Position numbers and translations under genes: made by a program. From NCBI GenBank assembly GCA_905193085.1, contig CAJJNI010000001.1, positions 1-45,492 of the forward strand: 45,492 bases of DNA. Direction: 5' to 3'. The stretch comes from an uncultured Lachnospiraceae bacterium (GTDB lineage: Bacteria; Bacillota; Clostridia; Lachnospirales; Lachnospiraceae). Positions 24,815 to 34,917 of the stretch are shown here, one piece after another. Position 1 is the stretch's first letter, and each line of letters begins with the position of its first letter. Below the pieces are notes generated by a model. That model searched no databases. It was not told the origin of the DNA and worked only from the letters and a program-made list of their open reading frames with translations.

Positions 24815-27800
24815 ATGTCTAGAGCAAAACAATCTATGGATGGTAATCAGGCAGCTGCTCATGTAGCTTATGCATTTACAGAAGTTGCCGGTATCTATCC
24901 TATTACCCCTTCAAGTCCTATGGCTGACTTTGTAGATCAGTGGTCTGCACAGGGACTTAAGAACATTTTTGGAAATACTGTTAAAGTAGTTGAGATGCAG
25001 TCAGAAGCAGGTGCAGCCGGAACAGTTCATGGTTCACTTGCAGCAGGTGCAATTACTACAACATTTACAGCTTCTCAGGGTCTTTTACTTATGATCCCTA
25101 ATATGTATAAAATAGCAGCAGAGCAGTTACCTTGTGTATTTGATGTATCAGCAAGAACTGTTGCAACACAGTCTCTTAACATTTTTGGCGATCACAGTGA
25201 TGTGTACGCCTGCCGTCAGACAGGTTTCGCCATGTTAGCTGAGACTAACCCACAGGAAGTTATGGACTTAAGTCCGGTTGCTCATTTATCGGCAATTGAA
25301 GGTAAAGTTCCATTTATTAACTTCTTTGATGGTTTCCGTACTTCTCATGAAATTCAGAAAATTGAAAAATGGGATTACGAAGATTTGAAAGAAATGTGTA
25401 ACATGGACGCTGTTAAAGCATTCCGTGAACATGCACTTAATCCAGAACATCCGGCAATGCGTGGTTCACATGAGAACGGTGATGTATTCTTCCAGCACCG
25501 TGAAGCATGTAATTCAGTATATGATGCACTTCCGGCTGTTGTTGAGAAATATATGAAGAAAGTCAACGAGAAACTCGGTACAGATTATGATTTGTTTAAT
25601 TACTATGGTGCAGCAGATGCTGAGAGAGTAATTATTGCAATGGGTTCAATCTGTGATGTTGCTGAAGAGGTAATTGATTATCTTACAGCAGCAGGCGAGA
25701 AAGTTGGTCTCGTAAAAGTTCGTCTGTATCGTCCATGGGTACCAGAAGGACTTTTGAAAGTTATTCCTAAGACTGTTAAGAAGATTGCTGTTCTTGACAG
25801 AACTAAAGAGCCTGGTTCATTAGGCGAGCCGCTTTATCTTGATGTTGCAGCTACACTTCATGAAGCAGGAATGAATGATGTTGTATTAACAGGCGGCCGT
25901 TATGGTCTTGGTTCTAAAGATACTCCACCTTCAAGTGTATTTGCAGTATACAAAGAATTAGAGAAAGATGAGCCTAAGAAGAGATTTACAATCGGTATCG
26001 TAGATGATGTTACAGAACTTAGTCTTCCGGAAGTTAAGCCGGCTCCTATAACATCTGCTAAGGGTACAGTTGAATGTAAATTCTGGGGTCTTGGTGGAGA
26101 CGGTACAGTAGGTGCCAATAAGAACTCAACTAAGATTATCGGTGACCATACAGATAAATATATTCAGGCATATTTCCAGTATGACTCAAAGAAGACAGGT
26201 GGTATTACAATTTCACATCTTCGTTTTGGTGATAAGCCAATTAAGAGTCCATACTATATTAATCAGGCCGATTTCGTTGCATGCCACAATCCTTCTTATG
26301 TTGTTAAAGGATTTAAGATGGTTCAGGATGTTAAACCGGGTGGAACATTCATGATTAACTGTCAGTGGACAGATGAAGAATTAGATAAGCACATGCCTGC
26401 AGCAGCTAAGAAATATATTGCTGACAATAATATTCAGTTATATACAATCAATGCTATTGATAAAGCTATTGAAATTGGTATGGGTAAGAGAACTAATACA
26501 ATTTTACAGTCTGCATTCTTTAAGCTTGCTAATGTAATGCCAATTGATGATGCGGTTGAATTTATGAAAGCAGCAGCTAAGAAATCATACGGTAAAAAAG
26601 GTGATGCAGTAGTTGAAATGAACTACAAAGCAATTGATGCCGGTGTAGATGCAGTTCATAAAGTTGAGATTCCTGCAAGCTGGGCTAATCCGGAAGCAGA
26701 TGCTCCTGCCGCTGAAATTTCAGGTCGTCCGGGAACAGTTAAGATGGTAAAAGAACTCTTAAATCCTATTTCACTTATGGACGGAGACAGTTTACCGGTT
26801 TCTGCTTTTAAAGATATTGCAGACGGACAGTTCGAGACAGGTGCTTCAGCATATGAAAAGCGTGGTACAGCAGTTATGGTTCCTGAATGGGACCCAACAA
26901 CATGTATTCAGTGTAATAACTGTGCATTTGTATGTTCACATGCTACAATTCGTCCATTTATGTTAAGTGCAGACGAAGAAAAAGCTGCTCCTGAAGGAAT
27001 TAAATTAGCAGATACTAAGCCAAAGGCTTCTGATTATAAATTTACAATGAGTGTTTCTCCATTAGACTGTATGGGTTGTGGAGAATGTGTAACTGTATGT
27101 CCTATGGCAGCTAAGGGTGCTATCAAGATGGTTCCACAGGAAACACAGGCAGAACAGCAGCCTGTATTTGATTATCTTGTAGCTAATGTAAGCAAGAAAC
27201 CTGGAACTCCAGCAGATACAACTGTTAAGGGTTCACAGTTCAATCAGCCACTCTTAGAGTTCTCAGGAAGCTGTGCAGGTTGTGCAGAGACATCTTATGC
27301 AAGACTTGTTACACAGTTATTTGGTGAACAGATGTATGTTTCAAACGCAACAGGTTGTTCTTCAATCTGGGGTGGTCCTGCAGCAACATCACCATACACA
27401 GTTAACAAAGATTCTCTTAAGGGACCGGCATGGTCTAACTCATTGTTTGAAGATAATGCTGAACATGGATTTGGTATGTATCTTGGACAGAAGACAATTC
27501 GTGAACAGGCAATTACACTTGTAGAAGAAATTGCAGCTTCAGATAAAGCTACTGATGAATTTAAGGCAGCAGCAGCTAAGTTCATGGAGACAAAGGATAA
27601 GACAAAAGAAAATACACCGGCAGCAGAGGCACTTATTGCAGAGCTTGAGAAAGCAGCAGCAGCCGGATGTGATAAATCAAAAGAAGTTCTTGAAAAGAAA
27701 GATTACCTTGCTAAGAAGTCTGTATGGATATTCGGTGGTGACGGTTGGGCATACGATATCGGATTTGGTGGTCTTGACCATGTATTAGCAGCAGGTGAAA

Positions 27801-28369
27801 ATGTTAATGTAATGGTATTTGATACAGAAATGTATTCTAATACAGGTGGTCAGGCATCTAAAGCATCTAATATCGGTGAAGTTTGCCAGTTCGCTGCAGC
27901 AGGTAAAGACATTGGAAAGAAGAGCCTTGCAGAAATTGCAATGAGTTATGGTTATGTATATGTTGCCCAGATAGCTCTTGGAGCTAATCCTGCACAGGCA
28001 GTTAAAGTTATTGCAGAAGCAGAAGCTTATAACGGACCATCTCTTATTATTGGATATGCACCATGTGAACTTCATGGTGTTAAGGGTGGTATGAACCATT
28101 GTCAGGACGAGATGAAGGCAGCAGTAGCAGCAGGTTACTGGAACTTATTCTCATTCAACCCAACACTTAAGGCAGAAGGTAAGAATCCATTTACTCTTAC
28201 TTCAAAACCTGGTGATGGAACATATCAGAACTTCCTTAATAATGAGACTCGTTATACTCGTTTACAGCGTTCATTCCCAGAAAGAGCAGAGAAATTATTT
28301 GCTGCATCTGAGAAAGCTGCACAGGAAAGATATGAACATTTATTAAAATTGGTAGAGCTTTACAAATAA
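24815..28369 (+). CDS. nifJ: Pyruvate:ferredoxin (flavodoxin) oxidoreductase, single-polypeptide type
   Basis: About 1184 aa. N-terminal MDGNQAAAHVAYAFTEVAGIYPITPSS, ferredoxin domain CIQCNNCAFVCSHATIRP / CMGCGECVTVCP, and TPP motif GGDGWAYDIGFGGLDHV. Start MSRAKQ follows AAAGGAGGA; the tracked 24764 start is upstream of the RBS. Confidence 0.95.
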   Translation: MSRAKQSMDGNQAAAHVAYAFTEVAGIYPITPSSPMADFVDQWSAQGLKNIFGNTVKVVEMQSEAGAAGTVHGSLAAGAITTTFTASQGLLLMIPNMYKIAAEQLPCVFDVSARTVATQSLNIFGDHSDVYACRQTGFAMLAETNPQEVMDLSPVAHLSAIEGKVPFINFFDGFRTSHEIQKIEKWDYEDLKEMCNMDAVKAFREHALNPEHPAMRGSHENGDVFFQHREACNSVYDALPAVVEKYMKKVNEKLGTDYDLFNYYGAADAERVIIAMGSICDVAEEVIDYLTAAGEKVGLVKVRLYRPWVPEGLLKVIPKTVKKIAVLDRTKEPGSLGEPLYLDVAATLHEAGMNDVVLTGGRYGLGSKDTPPSSVFAVYKELEKDEPKKRFTIGIVDDVTELSLPEVKPAPITSAKGTVECKFWGLGGDGTVGANKNSTKIIGDHTDKYIQAYFQYDSKKTGGITISHLRFGDKPIKSPYYINQADFVACHNPSYVVKGFKMVQDVKPGGTFMINCQWTDEELDKHMPAAAKKYIADNNIQLYTINAIDKAIEIGMGKRTNTILQSAFFKLANVMPIDDAVEFMKAAAKKSYGKKGDAVVEMNYKAIDAGVDAVHKVEIPASWANPEADAPAAEISGRPGTVKMVKELLNPISLMDGDSLPVSAFKDIADGQFETGASAYEKRGTAVMVPEWDPTTCIQCNNCAFVCSHATIRPFMLSADEEKAAPEGIKLADTKPKASDYKFTMSVSPLDCMGCGECVTVCPMAAKGAIKMVPQETQAEQQPVFDYLVANVSKKPGTPADTTVKGSQFNQPLLEFSGSCAGCAETSYARLVTQLFGEQMYVSNATGCSSIWGGPAATSPYTVNKDSLKGPAWSNSLFEDNAEHGFGMYLGQKTIREQAITLVEEIAASDKATDEFKAAAAKFMETKDKTKENTPAAEALIAELEKAAAAGCDKSKEVLEKKDYLAKKSVWIFGGDGWAYDIGFGGLDHVLAAGENVNVMVFDTEMYSNTGGQASKASNIGEVCQFAAAGKDIGKKSLAEIAMSYGYVYVAQIALGANPAQAVKVIAEAEAYNGPSLIIGYAPCELHGVKGGMNHCQDEMKAAVAAGYWNLFSFNPTLKAEGKNPFTLTSKPGDGTYQNFLNNETRYTRLQRSFPERAEKLFAASEKAAQERYEHLLKLVELYK

Positions 28370-28389
28370 TATAGTTTACCGAAAATGAC

Positions 28390-28435
28390 GAATCACTGTG
28401 GGCATGTATTTTGTTCACAGTGATTCTTTTGGTTT
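28390..28435 (+). terminator. Rho-independent terminator of nifJ
   Basis: Perfect 11-bp stem GAATCACTGTG / CACAGTGATTC followed by TTTTGGTTT. Confidence 0.85.
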
Positions 28436-28441
28436 ATAAAG

Positions 28442-28545
28442 AATTAACAGATGTAGCAGTAGTCTGATAAATTAGTAGCGTGGATTTATACATAATTAGC
28501 AGATGTAGCAGTAGTCTGATAAATTAGTAGCGTGAATTTTATATA
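28442..28545 (+). repeat. Two tandem 52-bp copies in the cyclophilin gene upstream region
   Basis: AATTA(A/G)CAGATGTAGCAGTAGTCTGATAAATTAGTAGCGTG occurs at 28442 and 28494 with 40 of 41 bases identical. Each copy is followed by an A/T-rich -10-like tail (GATTTATACAT / AATTTTATATA). Confidence 0.85.
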
Positions 28546-28568
28546 GTTTAAAAGGAGACAGTAATTAG

Positions 28569-29264
28569 ATGAAGAAATTAAAAATATTTAGTCTGGTATT
28601 AATGATTATTACAATTGCCGGAATTTGTTTGACCGGTTGTGGCAAAGCAAAGGTTCCTGAACCGACAGGCGAGACATCGGAAGAAGTACAGACTGACGAG
28701 CCGCAAAAAGGTGATGAAATAGCAGTTTTTCATATCGAAAATTATGGAGATATAACTGTAAGATTATTTAAAAATGCAGCGCCTAAGGCTGTAGAAAATT
28801 TTGTGACACATGCAAAAGAAGGTTATTATGATGGAGTTATTTTTCATCGTGTAATCAATGATTTTATGATTCAGGGTGGAGACCCGACAGGAACAGGTAC
28901 CGGTGGTGAGAGCATCTGGGGAAGTGAATTTGAAGATGAAATAGTGGACAATATTTTGCCAATCCGTGGTGCTTTATGCATGGCAAATCGTGGAGCGGAT
29001 ACTAACGGAAGCCAGTTCTTTATCGTACAGGCAAAAGCATCAAATCTTGATACAGTCAATTCAGATTCTTTAACAGATGAGCAGAAAAAGATGTTTGAAG
29101 AATATGGTGGAACACCACATCTTGTAGGCGGTTATACTGTATTTGGACAGGTGATAGATGGAATGGACGTGGTTGATGCAATTGCGGCAACTTCAACAGA
29201 CAGTAATGATAAACCACTTGAGAATGTAATTATTACAAATATAGAAATTAAAGAGTATGAGTAA
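28569..29264 (+). CDS. Cyclophilin-type peptidyl-prolyl cis-trans isomerase, lipoprotein
   Basis: Lipobox [32 protein letters not shown] and GSQFFI are cyclophilin signatures. Confidence 0.92.
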   Translation: MKKLKIFSLVLMIITIAGICLTGCGKAKVPEPTGETSEEVQTDEPQKGDEIAVFHIENYGDITVRLFKNAAPKAVENFVTHAKEGYYDGVIFHRVINDFMIQGGDPTGTGTGGESIWGSEFEDEIVDNILPIRGALCMANRGADTNGSQFFIVQAKASNLDTVNSDSLTDEQKKMFEEYGGTPHLVGGYTVFGQVIDGMDVVDAIAATSTDSNDKPLENVIITNIEIKEYE

Positions 29265-29301
29265 TAAATGATAAAATTAAACAGTGATTAAATTAAAAAA
29301 T

Positions 29302-29358
29302 AAAACCCTTTGACAGAGGAAATTTAGAATTATTCTAAATTGTCTGCCAAAGGGTTTT
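29302..29358. terminator. Bidirectional terminator between convergent genes
   Basis: Long hairpin AAAACCCTTTGACAG ... CTGCCAAAGGGTTTT with one mismatch, plus inner stem AATTTAGAA / TTCTAAATT. A-run upstream and T-run downstream. Confidence 0.8.
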
Positions 29359-29362
29359 TATT

Positions 29363-31375
29363 TTAATAATTATCCAGATTAAGTGAATTGTCTATATCAT
29401 AACTGTATGAATCATCAGAACTATTTGTTGAAGAATCAGAATCATCATAATTAAAGTAGCTGTCATATGAGTCATCGTTCCATAAATCATCATAGTCATA
29501 ATCATATGAGTCATCGTCCCATAAATCATCATAGTCATAATCATATGAGGTATCGTCTGAGCCAAGACCTGCATAAGATGCTGCACCTTCAATAAATGAT
29601 GTTATGTCATCAGCTGAAATATCAATTCCTGTTGCTTTTGAAAGATTCTTGGCAAATGCATCAAGGTCAATATCTTCTACATATTCTTGAAGGTCATCTT
29701 CATCTGTAACTGAATAAATTTTATCGCTCTTTGAAGGTTTCAAAGTATCAAGCTTTTTGCCTTCGCTTGCTGTGAGCTTAATGCGTGCCCATTCTTCGCT
29801 GTCTGATGCAACGGCCATTTCTACAGTTGATGATTTGTCATCAGAAGAAACATCTACTAATAGTTCATAACCTGAAATTTCGCTTATAGCATCTGATTTA
29901 AGCTTGAAAGAACCATTTAAGTTACCTGCTTTAACATTTTCAACATTTAAATCTGAGATTTCCAATGAAAGAATGTCGTTACCTGATTTTGCAAGCTCAG
30001 ATTCTTTGGCTAGTTCATCTGCAACATCTAATGTAAATGAACCGTTCATTACATTGTTCTTAATTGTTCCGCCACCTTCTAAATTGAACATTTCTGTTCC
30101 TGAAGCTTCGGCACTGAGCAGATATCCGAATTTAGAACCGCTCTGTGGCATAAGGCATGTAATATTTATATCCTGTGACTCAACTGACATATTAACTTCT
30201 TCACCGATAATTTCGCCTTTGGCATTAACATAGAATGTCATATCCATATCCATGTCTAAGTCTTTAAATTCATCTTTGCTGTCTTTGATTTCATCAAGAG
30301 TGTCTTCGAGTCCATCAACAAAATCATTATATGTATCTTTATCAATTGCGGAAATAATATCTTTAATGTCTTCATCTTCAGATAAAGTTTCAAGAATATC
30401 ACAAGCTACATCATATGAATATGTTCCATCTAAATTAGCAGTTAAAGCAGTACATTTAGAAGATACGCCATTTGCCTTTATAGTTTCAGTTGATTTTGTA
30501 ACATCATCAATATTGTCATAGGCAATGTCTGAGTATTTAGTTAAAATATTAGAAACTGCCTCGGCATCAGGGAGTATTTCTGTCAACTGTGAAGCTGCTT
30601 CACTGAATTGGTCAGTGTAGTCTTCTAATTCATCACTTGTTTCTTCGATAGCATCTGAAAAATCAATATATCCTTCTGAAAGTTCAGGAATCTGTGCATA
30701 TCCTTTTTTATTTTCGAGGTCAACAGAAGCCTTTAGAGTTGCAACAGTAGTATCATTGACACTTGCAGCAACTTCCATGTTCTGTACTTCACCATCAAGA
30801 TTTGTGTTTACTTCGATGGCAGCATTGTCAAGTTTTTTCAAATCAGGAGATAAAAGACCTATTAAAGGTTTTAATGCACTTCCTGCTGAAAGCTCAATTT
30901 TAACATTGCCGCTTAAATTATCAGTATCTACAGTTTCAAGGTATTTCGAATAGTTGCTGTTAAAAACTTCAATGTTATCCTCTACATTTTGTTTGGCAAC
31001 ATATTTCAGATATGATTCCGGACTTGAAAAATTCTTATGTATAAAGTTTGAAAGTTGTCCGGTTGCTGCTAATGCTACACCTGTTCCGGCAATTGCAATA
31101 ACTGCAATACCACATATAGCACCAATAATTTTTCCCGCTTTCTTTTTTTTCTTCGGTGGAACCGGAGCCTGAGAGTTATCAAACTGAGAAGCCTGCTGAG
31201 CCTGAGAATTGTCAAACTGAGAAGCCTGCTGAGCCTGAGAGTTATCAAACTGAGAAGCCTGCTGAGTCTGAGTATTATCTTGCTGTATCGGCTGTTCATT
31301 TTCTACTTTTGTACCACATACACCGCAAAATAGTGCATTGTCTTGTAGTTCATTTCCACAATTTTTGCATTTCAT
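29363..31375 (-). CDS. Zinc-ribbon, single-pass membrane protein with a large extracytoplasmic domain and repeat-rich termini; function unknown
   Basis: MKCKNCGNELQDNALFCGVCGTKV zinc ribbon, 3x QQASQFDNSQA, KKKKK plus a TM helix (IIGAICGIAVIAIAGTGVALAA), an acidic ectodomain of about 480 aa, and a C-terminal DDSYDYDYDDLW(D/N) x2. Confidence 0.6.
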   Translation of the reverse strand: MKCKNCGNELQDNALFCGVCGTKVENEQPIQQDNTQTQQASQFDNSQAQQASQFDNSQAQQASQFDNSQAPVPPKKKKKAGKIIGAICGIAVIAIAGTGVALAATGQLSNFIHKNFSSPESYLKYVAKQNVEDNIEVFNSNYSKYLETVDTDNLSGNVKIELSAGSALKPLIGLLSPDLKKLDNAAIEVNTNLDGEVQNMEVAASVNDTTVATLKASVDLENKKGYAQIPELSEGYIDFSDAIEETSDELEDYTDQFSEAASQLTEILPDAEAVSNILTKYSDIAYDNIDDVTKSTETIKANGVSSKCTALTANLDGTYSYDVACDILETLSEDEDIKDIISAIDKDTYNDFVDGLEDTLDEIKDSKDEFKDLDMDMDMTFYVNAKGEIIGEEVNMSVESQDINITCLMPQSGSKFGYLLSAEASGTEMFNLEGGGTIKNNVMNGSFTLDVADELAKESELAKSGNDILSLEISDLNVENVKAGNLNGSFKLKSDAISEISGYELLVDVSSDDKSSTVEMAVASDSEEWARIKLTASEGKKLDTLKPSKSDKIYSVTDEDDLQEYVEDIDLDAFAKNLSKATGIDISADDITSFIEGAASYAGLGSDDTSYDYDYDDLWDDDSYDYDYDDLWNDDSYDSYFNYDDSDSSTNSSDDSYSYDIDNSLNLDNY
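29464..29541 (-). repeat. Two in-frame 39-bp tandem units (DDSYDYDYDDLWx)
   Basis: 29464..29502 and 29503..29541 differ at one base. A partial third unit follows. Confidence 0.85.
31168..31266 (-). repeat. Three in-frame 33-bp tandem units (QQASQFDNSQA)
   Basis: Units at 31168, 31201 and 31234. The first and third are identical and the second has 2 mismatches. Confidence 0.9.
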
Positions 31376-31578
31376 AAAATTATCCTCCCTTGTAATTTAC
31401 AAATATGTATAATTTTAACATATATGACTGTTAAAAACAAGAATATTGTGTTTTTGTGTGTATCATGTTAGACTAAATATATCGTGTATAGATGACAGTG
31501 GCATAAGGTCTAAATCCACAGATGCCTGTGCATGTATGGTTGAATGATTATGTATTGGAACAGGACGGAAAAAATTTT

Positions 31579-32289
31579 ATGTACTTAAAGGTTGAAAATA
31601 TAAGTAAAAAATACGGAAGAAAAAGTGTTTTGGAAAAAGTTGGTTTTGAAGCCGGGGAGGGTGAGTGTTTAGGTATTCTCGGCGCAAATGGTTGTGGCAA
31701 ATCTACGCTTTTATCAATACTGGCAGGAGTTCTAAAGGCTGATGAAGGAAGTTTTTTTGTAGATGGTGAGAATGTTTTCAGTAAAACATCGCCCTCGGAT
31801 AATGTTGTAGGTTATGTTCCGCAGCAGCCGCCTCTTATGGAAGAGTTATCAGCAAAAGATAATTTAAAATTATGGTATTGCAATTCTGTGCTTGATATGA
31901 AAAAAGAATTAAACAGTGGAATCCTTGCGATGCTTGGTATCGATGAATTTTTAAATGTCAGAGTTTCAAAAATGTCGGGTGGAATGAAGAAGCGGTTAAG
32001 TATAGGTTGTGCGGTTGCGAATAATCCACATATTTTGATTCTTGATGAGCCCGGAGCTGCGCTTGATTTGGTTTGCAAAGAGCGCATTTACAGTTATCTT
32101 AAAGATTTTAAATCAAAAGGTGGAATAGTTTTAATTTCTACACATGAAGAACATGAGATAAATTTGTGCAGCAGACATTATATGCTAAAAAACAAAAAGC
32201 TGACCCGGTTTGAGTATGATGGAAATATACACAGGCTTGTTGGCTGTCTGGGTGCAACTGATGATTTAAAAACTGTAAAGGAACAATAG
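31579..32289 (+). CDS. ABC transporter ATP-binding protein (ABC-2 type)
   Basis: Walker A GANGCGKST, signature MSGGMKKRLSI and Walker B ILILDEP. The ATG at 31579 (MYLKVENISKKYG) is preferred to the tracked 31522. Confidence 0.9.
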   Translation: MYLKVENISKKYGRKSVLEKVGFEAGEGECLGILGANGCGKSTLLSILAGVLKADEGSFFVDGENVFSKTSPSDNVVGYVPQQPPLMEELSAKDNLKLWYCNSVLDMKKELNSGILAMLGIDEFLNVRVSKMSGGMKKRLSIGCAVANNPHILILDEPGAALDLVCKERIYSYLKDFKSKGGIVLISTHEEHEINLCSRHYMLKNKKLTRFEYDGNIHRLVGCLGATDDLKTVKEQ

Positions 32290-32293
32290 AAAG

Positions 32294-33616
32294 ATGTTAT
32301 TTGAATATTTTAAATTAGAATGCAAGAGAATATTGCGGCTTTTTCCTAAAATATTGGTGGTAAATGCAGTTATAATAATGCTTCTTATCGGAGCTGTGGC
32401 AGCATATAATTCCGGAATGTTTACTACAAAAGATAAAGTTTCCGGTATGAAAGTAGGAATGGTTTTTGGTGAGAATGACAGACAATTTATAGAGTTCGGT
32501 CTTTATTTTCTTGAGCATACAGATGAGATAAAATATGTGTGTAAATTTGTAGAAGTTTCAGAAGAAAAAGGTAGAAAAATGTTGGAAAAAGAAGAAATAG
32601 ATGCACTTATTATTGTTCCTGAAAATTATGTCACAAGTGTTTATTATGGAGAGGAAGAGCCTTTAACATTATGCTTCGGTACTGCACAGTCCGGTATATC
32701 AAGTCTTTTACTTGGGCAGCTTTCTGATGCCATATCAGAATATATGATGCAGGCAAAAGCTGGTGTGTATGCAATGCAGGATATGTATGATTCATGGCAT
32801 CTTAAATACAGTTCTGATGCAGATGAACTTACTGCACGGTTTATGATGAAGATTTTTGACAGAAAAGGAATGATAAATGTGCAGACTGTTTCATCTACGG
32901 GAACCGAGAATCCTGTAATTTATTATATAACTGCCGGGTTTGTTTTATTATCGTTTATGTGGGGACTGAACTGCGGAAGTGTGTTTGGCAAAAATGAAGA
33001 GGTAATGCAGCAATTGTTAAAACGAAGAGGATTATCGCAGTCAAAACAGTTTTTGGGAAAATATGGGGCTGTTTTCATATTGTTTTTTCTAAATTATCTG
33101 CTGATAGCACTTGCTTTTGGAGTTATTGCTGTTGTTTTTTCAAAATATTCAGTACAGATAGATATTGAATCAGCTGCTAAAGAAATTAAATACATAAAAC
33201 AATTGGTTGACATAATGATGGCTGATGGTATAGGGATTTTTATAAAAATCACGCCGGTGTTGCTGCTTTTAAGCAGTTTTGTAATATGCATTTATGAGGC
33301 TTTCAATGATGGCATAAATGGAATGCTGTTTATATTTTTAAGTGTTGTTATTATGGCATTTTTAGCAGGCTTTTTTTACCCGGCATCATATTTTCCGATG
33401 TGGGTTCAAAGAGCGGGAAAGTGGCTGCCGACAGGTATTATCTTGGAGTACATAACACATTGCATAATGGGTGACAAAATAATAAATTGTCTGATTAAAG
33501 TTGTAATTTATTCCGGGATTTTTGCAGTTATATATAGAATTTTATTGTTGTACAAATGTAGTAAATTATATAATCTGACAGATTTTACAGGAAATGTATC
33601 AGGAGGTTCAGAATGA
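32294..33616 (+). CDS. ABC-2-type transporter permease with a large extracytoplasmic loop after TM1
   Basis: N-terminal TM, a loop of about 170 aa, then 5 C-terminal TMs. Follows the ATPase by 4 nt. Confidence 0.65.
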   Translation: MLFEYFKLECKRILRLFPKILVVNAVIIMLLIGAVAAYNSGMFTTKDKVSGMKVGMVFGENDRQFIEFGLYFLEHTDEIKYVCKFVEVSEEKGRKMLEKEEIDALIIVPENYVTSVYYGEEEPLTLCFGTAQSGISSLLLGQLSDAISEYMMQAKAGVYAMQDMYDSWHLKYSSDADELTARFMMKIFDRKGMINVQTVSSTGTENPVIYYITAGFVLLSFMWGLNCGSVFGKNEEVMQQLLKRRGLSQSKQFLGKYGAVFILFFLNYLLIALAFGVIAVVFSKYSVQIDIESAAKEIKYIKQLVDIMMADGIGIFIKITPVLLLLSSFVICIYEAFNDGINGMLFIFLSVVIMAFLAGFFYPASYFPMWVQRAGKWLPTGIILEYITHCIMGDKIINCLIKVVIYSGIFAVIYRILLLYKCSKLYNLTDFTGNVSGGSE

Positions 33617-34803
33617 GAAAAATTTTTCTTGCTTTTTTGCTGTTTCAGAAAAGAATTGTTAAAAAGCCTGTTTTTATTATTACAATCATTCTTATTCCGC
33701 TTCTTATGATTATGCTTGCTGCATTTTCTGTGCAAAAATCAGCACTCGTTGAAGTTGCGGTATTTTCAGAGCAAAATAAGAGTGATTCAGACAGTCTTTT
33801 AAAGGATATTTTAGAAAGTTCAACGCAGGTAATTTCTTTTTATGAGTGTGGGAGTGTCAAAGAGGTTAAGCAGAATGTGATTACCGGAAAGGCAGAGTGC
33901 GGTTATATTATTCCGGCAGATATAGATGATTTTGCAAAATGGTATTACACAGATGATAAAACGATTGATTCTAAAGATAATATAAAGGTTCTTTTGAAAG
34001 ATTCTTCTGTTACTACAAGAGTAGTAAATGAAATTGTTTTAGAGAAAATTTTTTCAAGAAGTGCATATAATATTGCAGAAAATTTTCTTCGGGAAAAACA
34101 TGAGCAAAAAATACAAACTGATGGAGCATCTGCAAGATTTAGAGAATTATATGAAAAAAACAGTAATAAACAGATGATGTTTAAATTTGAATACGCAGAC
34201 GGTTCTGATAACAGTCTGTTAAATGATACATATAACAATTATTACATGCTGCCTGTAAGAGGTATTCTTGCGGTTCTGATTTTAATGTCAGGTTTAGCGG
34301 GCGTGTTAATGCTTAACAGAGATGATGAAAAAGGTGTGTGGGGAATGATACGACGGAATCGTAGGTCTTCATTTGATTTTTTCTATATATTTTCATCACA
34401 GTTTCTTGTCGCTGTATGTAGTTTTGCGGCAATTATGTGCACAGGATTAGCGGTTAGTTTTGTGTGGGAGTTGTTTATTTTGCTGATATATAGTCTGCTG
34501 GTCACATCATTTTGCAATATTCTGAGAATGATAATAAAAAATCAGTATACATTCTGCTCAGTTATTCCGGTGTTAATATTATTAAGTCTTTTGGTTTGTC
34601 CTGTATTTATAGATTTGGAAAATATAAGTGGAATTATAGGTGTTATCAGAAAACTTCTTCCTGTAAGTTATTATCTGGAGTCTGTTCACAGTTTGAGATT
34701 GTTTGTAAGAATGATAGCTGTAACAGCAGTTTTATGCATGTTACAGCTATTCCTTCCAATTATATCAGACAAATGTAAGTTTAAACTTACATGTAGATGT
34801 TAA
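33613..34803 (+). CDS. Second ABC-2-type transporter permease, same architecture
   Basis: N-terminal TM, a loop of about 180 aa and C-terminal TM bundle. Start overlaps the upstream stop; RBS GGAGG. Confidence 0.65.
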   Translation: MRKIFLAFLLFQKRIVKKPVFIITIILIPLLMIMLAAFSVQKSALVEVAVFSEQNKSDSDSLLKDILESSTQVISFYECGSVKEVKQNVITGKAECGYIIPADIDDFAKWYYTDDKTIDSKDNIKVLLKDSSVTTRVVNEIVLEKIFSRSAYNIAENFLREKHEQKIQTDGASARFRELYEKNSNKQMMFKFEYADGSDNSLLNDTYNNYYMLPVRGILAVLILMSGLAGVLMLNRDDEKGVWGMIRRNRRSSFDFFYIFSSQFLVAVCSFAAIMCTGLAVSFVWELFILLIYSLLVTSFCNILRMIIKNQYTFCSVIPVLILLSLLVCPVFIDLENISGIIGVIRKLLPVSYYLESVHSLRLFVRMIAVTAVLCMLQLFLPIISDKCKFKLTCRC

Positions 34804-34917
34804 ATGGTTATTGATACTTATTTAAGTCGATTTTCAAAATTTGTAGTTATTACACAGAATGTCTGTTGGGAAAACTAAATGCATATCCCCTATATGGTGT
34901 CGCATTCAGTGTTGTAG

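Noticed and set aside
28442-28545. CRISPR-like array
   Set aside because: Only two directly adjacent copies are present, with no unique spacers, no palindromic repeat core and no cas genes in the window.
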